The position numbers were made by a program, and so were the translations under genes. Shown here one piece after another: positions 9,501 to 18,040 of a stretch of 64,000 nt of DNA. Each line of letters begins with the position of its first letter. Positions within the stretch are counted from its first letter, which is position 1. The stretch comes from an uncultured Flavobacteriales bacterium (GTDB lineage: Bacteria; Bacteroidota; Bacteroidia; Flavobacteriales_D; JABDKJ01). Under the pieces are notes generated by a model that had not been told where the DNA came from, did no database searches, and worked only from the letters and a program-made list of their open reading frames with translations. Where the stretch lies: positions 5,670 to 69,669 of the forward strand of contig CALFHF010000203.1 in assembly GCA_937875855.1 (NCBI GenBank). Direction: 5' to 3'.

Positions 9501-9617
9501 TCCACGCAGCACATAGAGGCGATCATCTTTGATTAAGGCTCCATTGCTAGGAAAGGTTTCCTGGCCGCGCACGCCATAAGCGATGAGCGTTAGCAGGAGA
9601 AGGACTTTTATTCTCAT
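6600..9617 (-). CDS. large secreted amidohydrolase-family protein (two amidohydrolase-like halves)
   Basis: Likely start at MRIKVLLLLTLIAYG (signal peptide). The C-terminal half has canonical GIIDEHSHIAITGG and NSDD. The N-terminal half has GKHIYPSFIELYSSYG without HxH. Confidence 0.8.
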   Translation of the reverse strand: MRIKVLLLLTLIAYGVRGQETFPSNGALIKDDRLYVLRGATVHVDPVTTKSKADVFVQNGKIIKVTQGESIPRNAIVKDMSGKHIYPSFIELYSSYGLPDGKKEEHRGPMYERKDAGAPAWHASVHPEKSASQLFMQNSGRAEEMRKAGFGVSLSHQMDGIVRGTAVLAALSDEKNNISILKEDAALFFSFDKGLTAQDYAGSKMGAIALMRQTFYDAQWYAATNGKEELNASLEAINKTANLPRFLVTEEKNDILRGKKIADEFGFRFAFVGSGNEFERVQDIKSAGALVILPLDFPAAMDMNDPYTSRYVGLRKLRTWEIAPANAAYLAGAGVEIALTMNGLKDAATFWKNLRRAMNEGLTESQALNALTLSPAKALGMEALIGTLRDGSLADFLVMDAPMKEDQAKIIEHWVQGKSYVVQSADATDITGEYDLKIEGRKFTLSVLEGDKAFIRGDRSADTSKVKVDLKEFDRQVNMSFKVKDQGLYRLHGNLNNRLNLWEGTGINADGETVLWHAVKLKEAEKITAQPKEDPVMKSAILHYPNHGQGWTEAPRSENVVFRNATVWTNTDSGIMKDCDVLVQNGKIIAVGHNLNIEDVFPKDRNRPSFNSIEAYGKHITSGIIDEHSHIAITGGVNEGGQASSAEVRIGDVIDPEDQDIYYQLAGGVTAAQLLHGSANPIGGQSALIKLRWGSNAEEMKIQGAAGFIKFALGENVKQSNWGNEYTSRSPQTRMGVEQLYYDHFQRARDYRASQVSMLAGRQKERNKGGMGSLRKDLEMEALSEILESKRFITCHSYVQSEINMLMHVADSMGFRVNTFTHILEGYKVADKMKKHGAGASTFSDWWAYKFEVREAIPYNAALMSAQGITVAINSDDAEMGRRLNQEAAKGVKYGGMSEEEAWKMVTLNPAKLLHLDERMGKVAAGMDADIVMWSDNPLSIYALVEKTYVDGVCYYDRELDQKNMKEMALERAKIIERMAGEDGKDKKKPSADDKHRYHCDHEGH

Positions 9618-9670
9618 ATTGCCTCGAAGGTAATTCCAAGTAAAGCCCAAGAACTAGATCCTCCAATCTC

Positions 9671-9702
9671 TTGTCAACAGGCCGTAGGGAATAGCTAACT
9701 TT
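9671..9702 (+). promoter_or_regulatory. sigma-A type promoter candidate (TTG-N21-TAacTTTG)
   Basis: Exact TAnnTTTG (taactttg, 9695-9702) lies 21 nt upstream of ATG 9724. TTG at 9671-9673. Confidence 0.4.
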
Positions 9703-9723
9703 GAAGCATAAACCAAACAAAAC

Positions 9724-10167
9724 ATGGAAACAGGCTTTCAACACCTCCACTCCTTACTCAGATGGATGCTCCTGATCCTTATGCTTATCTCCGTGAGTAA
9801 AGCTATGCTGAGCGCTGGCAGAAGGTTCTTTGGAAAAGATAGAAAAATGGCCCTTTTCATCATGATTATTGCTCATGTGCAGTTGATTCTGGGACTTGGA
9901 CTTTATTTCATGAAGAACTATCACCTGAATTGGTCTGATATCGGGGAGCTTAGTTCCTACTTGCGTTTCTTCACCATGGAACATCTCATGGGAATGATTA
10001 TCGCTATTGTCCTTATCACCTTGGGCTATGGCAAAGTAAAGCGCGCTGAGACTGACGCGCTCAAGTTCAAAGCGGTGAAGGTGTATTTTGGTATTGCATT
10101 GATTATCATTCTCGTATCCATCCCATGGCCTTTCCGTGAAGGATTCGAGGCACTGGGTTGGTTCTGA
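9724..10167 (+). CDS. small integral membrane protein (about 4 TM segments), function unknown
   Basis: 147 aa with hydrophobic segments (WMLLILMLISV, ALFIMIIAHVQLILGLGLYF, MGMIIAIVLITLGY, FGIALIIILVSI). Its stop overlaps the next start (TGATG). Confidence 0.7.
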   Translation: METGFQHLHSLLRWMLLILMLISVSKAMLSAGRRFFGKDRKMALFIMIIAHVQLILGLGLYFMKNYHLNWSDIGELSSYLRFFTMEHLMGMIIAIVLITLGYGKVKRAETDALKFKAVKVYFGIALIIILVSIPWPFREGFEALGWF

Positions 10168-10985
10168 TGGAACAGCTTATTTCATACTTCGGAGAAATTC
10201 CTTCTAGCCATCGCACCTTGCTATTGATGGCTGGTCTCCTGTTCTTCTGGCTTATAGAAGGCGTCATTCCTATCACTCGTTTTCATTACAAAAAATGGAG
10301 GCATGCTCTTCCGAACCTCTTTTTCACCCTGACAACTGCTATTGTAAATTTCGCCTTTGCTTACCTTATTGTGAAAGGCAGTGATGCTGCGGTGGATGGT
10401 TCATGGGGAATCTTGAATTGGATTGCCCTTCCCATTTGGATGGAATTGCTTCTTGGACTTATGCTGCTAGATCTTATAGGAGCATACTTTATCCATTGGC
10501 TAGAACATCAGGTGCATTGGATGTGGAAATTTCATGTGATTCATCACAGCGATGAGCATGTGGATAGCAGCAGTGCCTTGCGTCATCATCCTGGAGAGAG
10601 TGTATTCAGGGCAGTGTTTACGCTGCTAGCCGTCCTCGTCAGCGGTGCGCCTATGTGGCTGGTCATGGTGTATCAGACTTCAAGCGCCTTACTTTCCCAA
10701 TTCAATCACTCGAATATTAAACTCCCTTCTTGGTTCAATAAGAGCATAGGACTGCTCATTGTCACACCTGTGATGCATAGGGTTCATCATCACGATGAAG
10801 TGCCTTATACAGACAAGAATTATGGAAATATCTTCCCTTTTTGGGATAAGATTTTCGGGACGTATGATCACTTGGATGCAGAGAAGATTCATCTTGGATT
10901 AGATGTTTACGAGAAGCGGGAATCTCATTTGGGAGACCTTTTGGGACTGCCTTTTGATGGTAAGAGATATAGAAAAGAGAAGTAG
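10167..10985 (+). CDS. fatty acid hydroxylase / sterol desaturase superfamily membrane protein
   Basis: Three His boxes: HWLEH, HVIHH and HRVHHH. Multiple TM segments. Likely ATG at 10167, overlapping the upstream TGA. Confidence 0.85.
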   Translation: MEQLISYFGEIPSSHRTLLLMAGLLFFWLIEGVIPITRFHYKKWRHALPNLFFTLTTAIVNFAFAYLIVKGSDAAVDGSWGILNWIALPIWMELLLGLMLLDLIGAYFIHWLEHQVHWMWKFHVIHHSDEHVDSSSALRHHPGESVFRAVFTLLAVLVSGAPMWLVMVYQTSSALLSQFNHSNIKLPSWFNKSIGLLIVTPVMHRVHHHDEVPYTDKNYGNIFPFWDKIFGTYDHLDAEKIHLGLDVYEKRESHLGDLLGLPFDGKRYRKEK

Positions 10986-10988
10986 TAC

Positions 10989-12173
10989 ATGGACGCAAAT
11001 AGTACAGATAAGAAGCAAGAAACCTGCATACTCGTAGGCCTGATTACACAAGACCAGGATGAAGAGCATGTCATAGAATACTTGGATGAATTGGCATTTC
11101 TGGCCTTGACGGCAGGTGCTCTGACCAAAAAGCGTTTCACACAGCGCATTGACAAGCCGAACACAGCCACCTTCGTGGGTTCTGGAAAACTGGAAGAGAT
11201 AGATTCGTATTGCAAAACGCATGACATTGACCTCATCATTTTCGATGATGAATTGAGCGCTACTCAGCTAAGGAATATTGAGAAAATCTTGGAACGCAAA
11301 GTATTGGACAGAAACAATCTGATCCTTGACATTTTTGCAAGTCGTGCCCAAACAGCCTCAGCTAAAACCCAAGTAGAACTGGCCCAATACCAATACATGC
11401 TTCCTAGACTAACCCGCATGTGGACTCACCTTGAGCGCCAAAAAGGTGGAATAGGAATGCGCGGCCCTGGAGAGACGCAGATTGAAAGTGACCGAAGGGT
11501 AATCCAAGACAAAATCTCGAAGTTGAAGAAAGACTTAGAGAAGATAGATAAGCAAATGGCCACGCAGCGCGGAAACCGAGGTGCGCTTGTGCGCGTAGCT
11601 CTCGTGGGATACACGAATGTGGGAAAATCTACGCTTATGAATCTCCTGAGCAAGAGCGAAGTCTTTGCTGAGGACAAGCTCTTCGCAACCTTGGATACCA
11701 CAGTGCGCAAGGTGGTCATAGATAACGTCCCTTTTCTGATGAGTGACACCGTAGGTTTCATACGCAAGCTTCCTCACCAATTAGTAGAGTCCTTTAAATC
11801 TACCTTGGATGAAGTGCGTGAAGCTGATGTTCTGGTTCACGTTTTGGATATTTCACACGCTTCCTTCGAGGATCAATTTGATGTGGTGAAAAGCACCTTG
11901 GCTGAGATAGGTGGAGCAGATAAAGAGACCATAGTAGTCTTTAATAAAGTAGATGCGTATCGTAAGCAACACAGCGATATTATTCCTGAGGAACATCACG
12001 CTGAACTGCTTGAAGAACTGAAGCAAACCTGGATGTCTAAGTTGGACGGTGATACGGCCATCTTTATCTCAGCTACTGAGAAACTCAACATAGAAGAGCT
12101 TCGAGCGGTGTTGTACAAGAAGGTGAAGGCTATTCACTCGGTGAGGTTTCCTTATAACAGTTTTTTGTATTGA
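10989..12173 (+). CDS. hflX: GTPase HflX
   Basis: HflX N-terminal domain plus G motifs GYTNVGKST, DTVGF and NKVD. Starts 3 nt after the upstream stop. Confidence 0.92.
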   Translation: MDANSTDKKQETCILVGLITQDQDEEHVIEYLDELAFLALTAGALTKKRFTQRIDKPNTATFVGSGKLEEIDSYCKTHDIDLIIFDDELSATQLRNIEKILERKVLDRNNLILDIFASRAQTASAKTQVELAQYQYMLPRLTRMWTHLERQKGGIGMRGPGETQIESDRRVIQDKISKLKKDLEKIDKQMATQRGNRGALVRVALVGYTNVGKSTLMNLLSKSEVFAEDKLFATLDTTVRKVVIDNVPFLMSDTVGFIRKLPHQLVESFKSTLDEVREADVLVHVLDISHASFEDQFDVVKSTLAEIGGADKETIVVFNKVDAYRKQHSDIIPEEHHAELLEELKQTWMSKLDGDTAIFISATEKLNIEELRAVLYKKVKAIHSVRFPYNSFLY

Positions 12174-12291
12174 GGGTTGTCCTCCCATCTCGGCTGTCGC
12201 TCGATGTGCGGAAGGGAAGGGTGAGTCTTCGATGTACCGGTAAATAGCTGTGCACATAGATTATCCCCATAAATCTCCATCTTAGCAGAAT

Positions 12292-13542
12292 ATGTCTTCT
12301 CTCAAGGAATGGTTTAATGGGCTGCTTGCTAGTCGGTCGCTGAGGCAAGTGCTGCTGCTCTTCGGGTCTTATCTCGGTCTTATCGTGCTGGGATTTGCGC
12401 TTAAGTATGAGCAGACACATATTCTGAATGAGATAGAATATGGGCGATATGCCTTGGTCATCAGTATTGCCGGTCTTCTTGCCTTGATCTTCCACTTCGG
12501 GTATTTCGTGTCGCTTCAGGTCTTGCTTGCTCAGAATGTGAATAGGCTCAGGGAGAAACGCATCCTCGCTGCTGGCTTCTTAATGGCTCTTATATGCGGA
12601 ACACTTCTGGCCCTGAGTATGTGGCTTTTCGCGGGGCCATTGGCTAACTTCTTTCATGAAGATATCGCAGGGCTTTTAACTGTTCTCGCTCCGCTTTTTC
12701 TCATTCTTCCGTTTAATAATCTCTTAAATGCCTATGGAAGTGGGAGCAATAAATTATGGGTGAATATGCTCGTAAACCTCATCCCCAAAGCGCTTTTCCT
12801 CCTCACGCTCTTGATTTGGGAATTCTATGATGGGCCTTTGGGCGTTGAGATTCTCCTTGCCATGAACATGGGAAGCACCATGCTCACCCTCTTCGCTTTG
12901 GTCTTTATCTTACGTCCTGACTTCCATGATTTCAAACGCAGTTTGACGTTGCTTCATTGGAAGAACAAGAAATTTGGGATTCAGTATTACTCAGGTTCTA
13001 TCGCGAATCAGACCACCTATAAACTGGATGAAATATGTATTGGATATTTCGTGAATGCGGGTGCTTTGGGAATCTATAGTTTGGCGAATATGGTGGTTTC
13101 TCCTATGCTGCTCATGAGCCAGTCTTTGTCTTCTTCCATGTTCAAGCGATTCAGCGGAATGAAAAGAATTCCTTCGCAGATTTTCGTGTATAACAGCATT
13201 TGGCTTTTAGGATGTGTGCTGTTTTTCTTCTTCACAGGAAGCTATATCACTTCCCTCCTTTTCTCTGCTGATTTCATGGAAGTGGCTTTGTATCTGGTTC
13301 CTATAAGTTTGGTTTTGCTGGTACATGGATCCATCAGTCCTTTTTCTTTTCTGGCCGCTAAATCTATGGGCAAGGAGATTCGCAACATCGCCTGGGTAGA
13401 AGCCGTGCTCAATCTCTCAGGAAACCTCATCCTTATTCCCATGCACGGAATCTATGGTGCTATTCTGGCAAGTTTCATAGCCAAGGCAGTGAACTTAGGA
13501 ATGATGGTCTTTTATTATAGAAGGTATTTGGAGAGGGGGTGA
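12292..13542 (+). CDS. polysaccharide/oligosaccharide flippase-like membrane protein (MOP/Wzx-like)
   Basis: 416 aa, about 12 hydrophobic segments, with the size and topology typical of Wzx-type flippases. No catalytic motif is recognisable. Confidence 0.6.
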   Translation: MSSLKEWFNGLLASRSLRQVLLLFGSYLGLIVLGFALKYEQTHILNEIEYGRYALVISIAGLLALIFHFGYFVSLQVLLAQNVNRLREKRILAAGFLMALICGTLLALSMWLFAGPLANFFHEDIAGLLTVLAPLFLILPFNNLLNAYGSGSNKLWVNMLVNLIPKALFLLTLLIWEFYDGPLGVEILLAMNMGSTMLTLFALVFILRPDFHDFKRSLTLLHWKNKKFGIQYYSGSIANQTTYKLDEICIGYFVNAGALGIYSLANMVVSPMLLMSQSLSSSMFKRFSGMKRIPSQIFVYNSIWLLGCVLFFFFTGSYITSLLFSADFMEVALYLVPISLVLLVHGSISPFSFLAAKSMGKEIRNIAWVEAVLNLSGNLILIPMHGIYGAILASFIAKAVNLGMMVFYYRRYLERG

Positions 13543-13548
13543 TTCGGC

Positions 13549-15393
13549 TCAGCTGAACCCTTGCATATCACAGAGCTTCTTGTATTGCCCTTCCAAGGCC
13601 AGGAGTTCCTTGTGAGTGCCTTGCTCTACGATTCTTCCTCCTTGAATGACGAGGATTTTATCAGCATGTTGAATGGTAGATAACCTATGCGCAATGACTA
13701 GTGAGGTTCTGCTCTCCATCAGGTGTTCTAGCGCGTCTTGAACGAGTCTTTCGCTTTCGGTATCCAAGGCACTCGTGGCTTCATCCAAAATCAAAATCGG
13801 GGGATTCTTGAGCACGGCTCTGGCTATGCTTATGCGCTGGCGTTGGCCTCCGCTGAGCTTGCCTCCTGCGTCTCCAATGTTCGTCTGATATCCCAGAGGC
13901 AATGCCATAATGAAGTCATGCGCATGGGCAATCTTAGCTGCCTGATGCACTTCTTCTTCCTTCGCTGGATGTCCTAAGGTGATGTTCTCCCATATGGTAT
14001 CGTTGAACAAAATAGCTTGCTGCGAAACCACTCCCAGCATATCACGCAGATCCGTGAGGCGCATATCTCTCAAGGGTACACCATCAATGCTCACCTTCCC
14101 ATTCACGGGATCATAAAAGCGGGGAAGCAAATCTGCTACAGTAGATTTTCCTCCTCCTGATTCTCCTACCAACGCAACCGTTTGCCCTCGTCCTATTTTA
14201 AATGAAATGTCATGCAAGACCGTTTCTCCACCATAATTAAAGTTCACGTTTTCATAGCTCACTTCCTTCTCAAAGGCCTTGATCTCAGTAGGAACTTCTG
14301 GGTCTGTAATGTTAGACTTAGCCGAGACTATGGCGTCAATACGATCTACGGAAGCCATTCCTTTATTGATGCTCGCTATGGCCTTGGAGATGCTTTGAAT
14401 AGGTCTCAAACTCTGAGAGAAAATGATGATGAAGCCTATGAATTCACTTCCGCTCAGGGCGCTTGCGTCACCGCTGAGGATTAATCGGCCTCCGTACCAG
14501 ATTACGCCTACCATGACACATGCACCCAGGAATTCGCTGAGCGGTGATGCCGCATCGCGCTTATTGAGCAAGCGTATGCTGATCCTACGCAGGGAATCAT
14601 TCATCTTGAAAAAGGAATGCCTGATGGCTCCTTCTGCATTGAATGCTTTGATAATTCTTAACCCCGTAATGCTTTCTTCCAAGAAACTCAACACTTCTCC
14701 TTGTTTATCTTGCCCTTTTCTGGAGGTGCGTTTCAAACTCTTGCTTATGCGCCCTATAATCAATGCGCTTATAGGCATGAGGATGAGTGAGAACATGGTC
14801 AAAGAAGGGCTGATCATGATCATAGCAGTGAAAGAGAGGATGATGTTCAATGGGTCTTTGAACAGCAATTCCAAGCTTCCCACGATGGACTGATCCACCT
14901 CGTTCACGTCTATGGTGTTGCGGGCTATGATGTCTCCCTTGCGTTCATCAGAGAAGAAGGACAAGGGTAAGGTGATGACCTTATCGTAGATGGCTGCGCG
15001 TATGTCAAAGCTGATTCCTTGGCGCACTTTGGCCATGCAGAGGTATCCCAGATAACGGAAGATATTCTTCAGGAAAAATAGCAGAATGGTTATTCCGCAC
15101 ACAAAAGACAGAGCCCCCAGCTTTCCTGATTCTTGGATGCGCGAGGCCATCTGATTATTGAAATAGTAACTGAGGTATTCCTTACTCAGCTCAAAGTCCA
15201 TTCCTGCAGTGACCACTTCTTTCCCTTCGCTGAACAGCAGGTCCAAGAATGGAATGAAGAGCAGCAAGGAAAGTATGTCGAAGAGGACGTAAAAAAGATT
15301 GGCCGCGATATTGAGCCCCACTAATTTCTTGTAGGGTCTCACATAGGACAGGATATGGATGAACTTGTTCACGTGCGGTTCGACTGCGGACAA
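13549..15393 (-). CDS. ABC transporter, fused permease/ATPase (MsbA-like exporter)
   Basis: Six-TM N-terminal domain, then Walker A GESGGGKST, signature LSGGQRQR and Walker B ILILDEATSALD. The track start is TTG 15393. An in-frame GTG at 15372 is an alternative. Confidence 0.9.
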   Translation of the reverse strand: MSAVEPHVNKFIHILSYVRPYKKLVGLNIAANLFYVLFDILSLLLFIPFLDLLFSEGKEVVTAGMDFELSKEYLSYYFNNQMASRIQESGKLGALSFVCGITILLFFLKNIFRYLGYLCMAKVRQGISFDIRAAIYDKVITLPLSFFSDERKGDIIARNTIDVNEVDQSIVGSLELLFKDPLNIILSFTAMIMISPSLTMFSLILMPISALIIGRISKSLKRTSRKGQDKQGEVLSFLEESITGLRIIKAFNAEGAIRHSFFKMNDSLRRISIRLLNKRDAASPLSEFLGACVMVGVIWYGGRLILSGDASALSGSEFIGFIIIFSQSLRPIQSISKAIASINKGMASVDRIDAIVSAKSNITDPEVPTEIKAFEKEVSYENVNFNYGGETVLHDISFKIGRGQTVALVGESGGGKSTVADLLPRFYDPVNGKVSIDGVPLRDMRLTDLRDMLGVVSQQAILFNDTIWENITLGHPAKEEEVHQAAKIAHAHDFIMALPLGYQTNIGDAGGKLSGGQRQRISIARAVLKNPPILILDEATSALDTESERLVQDALEHLMESRTSLVIAHRLSTIQHADKILVIQGGRIVEQGTHKELLALEGQYKKLCDMQGFS

Positions 15394-15410
15394 AGAAACG
15401 ATATTATGGA

Positions 15411-15502
15411 GTTCTGAGATTGACGGGATTCCAGAAAAGGAGAACGGAAATTAATACCACAACCCCAGACCTTGAACTTGGAATCTTGAATCTTGAAAAA
15501 TC
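15411..15502. repeat. short G/T-rich repeat units related to those at 888-1007
   Basis: gttctgagattgac (15411-15424) matches 994-1007 at 13 of 14 positions. Tandem cttgaa / cttggaat / cttgaat / cttgaaaaat units lie at 15471-15502. Confidence 0.7.
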
Positions 15503-15599
15503 TAGGTCAAGTGGCCATTGAAGTGACGATTGTATGTGAGATAAAACACCCTATGGTCTATGATGGTAATTCTCAGCCTATTGTCCTACCTTCGCAGCC

Positions 15600-15938
15600 A
15601 TGTCCAGCATTAGATTAGAAAAAGTGAACGGGCTGCTCCAGAAGGAGCTCAGCATCATCTTCCAGCGTAAAAGCAAGGAGCACTTCGGGGGTTTATTCAT
15701 TACCGTGACCGTTGTGCGTGTAAGCCCTGACATGGGTGCCGCTAAGGCGTATCTCAGCATCATGGATAAGGTAGACAAGAAGGCTGTGGTCAAAGAGATC
15801 AATGAGCGGTCAGGGCTGATTCGTAAATATCTAGGCGAGTCTGTGGGTAAGCAATTGCGCAGAACTCCTGAGTTGTTCTTCTATTTGGACGATTCCTTAG
15901 ACTACGCTCAAAAGATCAACGAACTTCTGGATTCTTAG
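15600..15938 (+). CDS. rbfA: ribosome-binding factor A
   Basis: 112 aa. The pattern RLEKVNGLLQKELSIIF ... VTVVRVSPDMGAAKAY ... RRTPELFFYLD is typical of RbfA. Confidence 0.9.
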   Translation: MSSIRLEKVNGLLQKELSIIFQRKSKEHFGGLFITVTVVRVSPDMGAAKAYLSIMDKVDKKAVVKEINERSGLIRKYLGESVGKQLRRTPELFFYLDDSLDYAQKINELLDS

Positions 15939-15939
15939 C

Positions 15940-16761
15940 ATGCAGTACGATCCTATTAAACGAAGCCTTGGCAAAGTCTTCAACAGGAATCCCTTCCTCA
16001 GAAAAATCTTTTACAGCCTTCTTGACTTATTATTGCTTAGAGCATGGCATGTTCATCAAGAGCTGCGCTCCTTCAGCGGCTGGAAAAAACCCGGCTTGAA
16101 CGTTCTCGATGCTGGCGCTGGTTTCGGGCAATACAGCTTCTGGATGGCCAGAAAAAACAAGGATTGGAACATCACTTCCTTGGATGTCAAAGAGGAACAA
16201 GTAGCTGATTGCAACACTTTCTTTCGTCAAGCAGGTATGGCAGAACGTGTACATTTTCAAGTAGGTGACCTCACTGAATACAGGAAGGAAGATGCTTATG
16301 ACCTCGTCATCTGCGTTGATGTGATGGAGCATATAGAAGAGGATGTTAAGGTCTTCCAGAATTATCATGCTTCTATGAAGCCGGGAGCTATGTTGCTCAT
16401 CTCTACGCCATCAGACCAAGGCGGAAGCGGCCTGGATGAACATCATGAGGATGGAGAAGTACATGGTTTCATAGATGAACATGTTCGCGATGGCTATAAC
16501 ATCATTGATATAGAAGAGAAGTTGATAAGCGCTGGATTTAATAGCGTGGATAAGCGCTATCAATACGGACGCCCAGGGAAGATTGCATGGAAACTTTCTA
16601 TGATGTATCCTCTTACTATGCTGAACAAATCAAAGCTCTTCTTCATCATCCTGCCTTTCTATTACCTTATTACCTATCCTATTTCTTTCGTGCTCAACAT
16701 GCTTGATGTGAATGAAGCGCATAGCTCTGGATCAGGCTTGATAGTCAAGGCATGGAAATGA
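15940..16761 (+). CDS. class I SAM-dependent methyltransferase with C-terminal membrane segments
   Basis: Motif I VLDAGAGFGQYS and motif post-I/II (DLVICVDVMEHI). Starts 1 nt after the rbfA stop. Confidence 0.8.
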   Translation: MQYDPIKRSLGKVFNRNPFLRKIFYSLLDLLLLRAWHVHQELRSFSGWKKPGLNVLDAGAGFGQYSFWMARKNKDWNITSLDVKEEQVADCNTFFRQAGMAERVHFQVGDLTEYRKEDAYDLVICVDVMEHIEEDVKVFQNYHASMKPGAMLLISTPSDQGGSGLDEHHEDGEVHGFIDEHVRDGYNIIDIEEKLISAGFNSVDKRYQYGRPGKIAWKLSMMYPLTMLNKSKLFFIILPFYYLITYPISFVLNMLDVNEAHSSGSGLIVKAWK

Positions 16762-16813
16762 GCCCGAGGGCATCATTCAGCTTAAATCCTTACTTCTGTA
16801 TCTCAGTTCATAG

Positions 16814-18040
16814 ATGAGATTTCATTTTTACATAGCAGGACGTTATCTGTTCTCCAAGAAATCACGTAATGTGATTAACCTCATCACGGGAATTAGCGTG
16901 GCAGTAATTGCTTTCGTGACGGCTGCTATGATTGTCGTGTTAAGTGCCTTTAATGGCATTGACTCCTTAGTTGATGAGCTCTATTCCTCCTTCGATGGTG
17001 ATGTGATGATAGAAGCGCCACGCGGCAGGTATATCAGTATGGACAGTCTTTCTGTTGACCAATGGAAGGATGATTCCCGAGTGAAAAACATACATGAAGT
17101 CCTTGAGCAAAGTGTTCTTATTCAATATAAGGAAAGTCAACGCGTAGCCACTATGAAAGCTGTTCCGCTGGGGTATTTGGAACAGAATGGATTGGACGCG
17201 AGCATACATGAGGGCTCTGCTCTGCTAGAAGATAATGAGGCCTTCTTGGCTGTGATTGGGTATGGAATTCAACTGGATCTGGATGCTCCGCTTTTCTCTA
17301 AAAGTCTGACCCCTTTGTTAATCCATGCTGCTCAGAAAGGCAAGCGCATTTCCAAGCATAAGGACAAAGCCTTCAAGACTGAACCCATCATGATAGGTGG
17401 TGTCTTCAGCATCAACATGGAGTATGACTCAGAGTATCTTCTGGTGCCACTCCCCTTCGCTCGTGACCTTCTTGATGTGGGTCCTGTGTGCAGCTACATA
17501 GAGATCCAAGCTGCTGATGGTATCTCTTTGGAAGAGCTTCAAGAATTCATTACAGAGGCCACAGGAGGGAAATATAAAGTGAACACACGTGAAGAGAAGA
17601 ATGCCTTGATCTATAAGGCCAATGAATCAGAGCGCCTCGTGACCATTCTCATTCTGAGTTTCATCATCCTCATCGCTACATTCAATATCCTTGCCTCTAT
17701 CACCATGCTTATGATGGACAAGGAGCAAGACTTGAAAGTGATCCATAGCATGGGCGCTACCATGATGCAGATTCGTAATATCTTCTTCACTGAAGCCATG
17801 CTTATCTCCATGGCCGGAACGGTGATAGGACTTATTCTAGGGCTTGGAATATGCTATTTGCAGACAAGTTTTGGGCTGGTGCGCTTGCAAGGCGGGATCG
17901 TAGATTATTATCCCGTGATTGTGGATATGGCTGATGTGATTTTGGTCTTCAGCATCGTCTTCACCATCGGACTGCTCTTCTCTTGGTATCCTGTGAAGAG
18001 ACTTGCCGTTGGTCTTATCCACAGGGGGAGACAGTCTTAG
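16814..18040 (+). CDS. FtsX-like ABC transporter permease (LolC/E-like)
   Basis: 408 aa. N-terminal TM, large periplasmic loop and a C-terminal 3-TM FtsX domain (ILSFIILIATFNILASITMLMMDK). Confidence 0.8.
   Translation: MRFHFYIAGRYLFSKKSRNVINLITGISVAVIAFVTAAMIVVLSAFNGIDSLVDELYSSFDGDVMIEAPRGRYISMDSLSVDQWKDDSRVKNIHEVLEQSVLIQYKESQRVATMKAVPLGYLEQNGLDASIHEGSALLEDNEAFLAVIGYGIQLDLDAPLFSKSLTPLLIHAAQKGKRISKHKDKAFKTEPIMIGGVFSINMEYDSEYLLVPLPFARDLLDVGPVCSYIEIQAADGISLEELQEFITEATGGKYKVNTREEKNALIYKANESERLVTILILSFIILIATFNILASITMLMMDKEQDLKVIHSMGATMMQIRNIFFTEAMLISMAGTVIGLILGLGICYLQTSFGLVRLQGGIVDYYPVIVDMADVILVFSIVFTIGLLFSWYPVKRLAVGLIHRGRQS

Noticed and set aside
8961-9536. 191-aa plus-strand ORF
   Set aside because: It lies entirely antisense to the well-supported 1005-aa amidohydrolase gene. 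It has no motif, signal or plausible start context. Long antisense ORFs are expected opposite long genes.
14423-14893. 156-aa plus-strand ORF (and 60047-60499 on the minus strand opposite accC)
   Set aside because: Antisense to strongly supported ABC transporter and biotin carboxylase genes, with no independent support.
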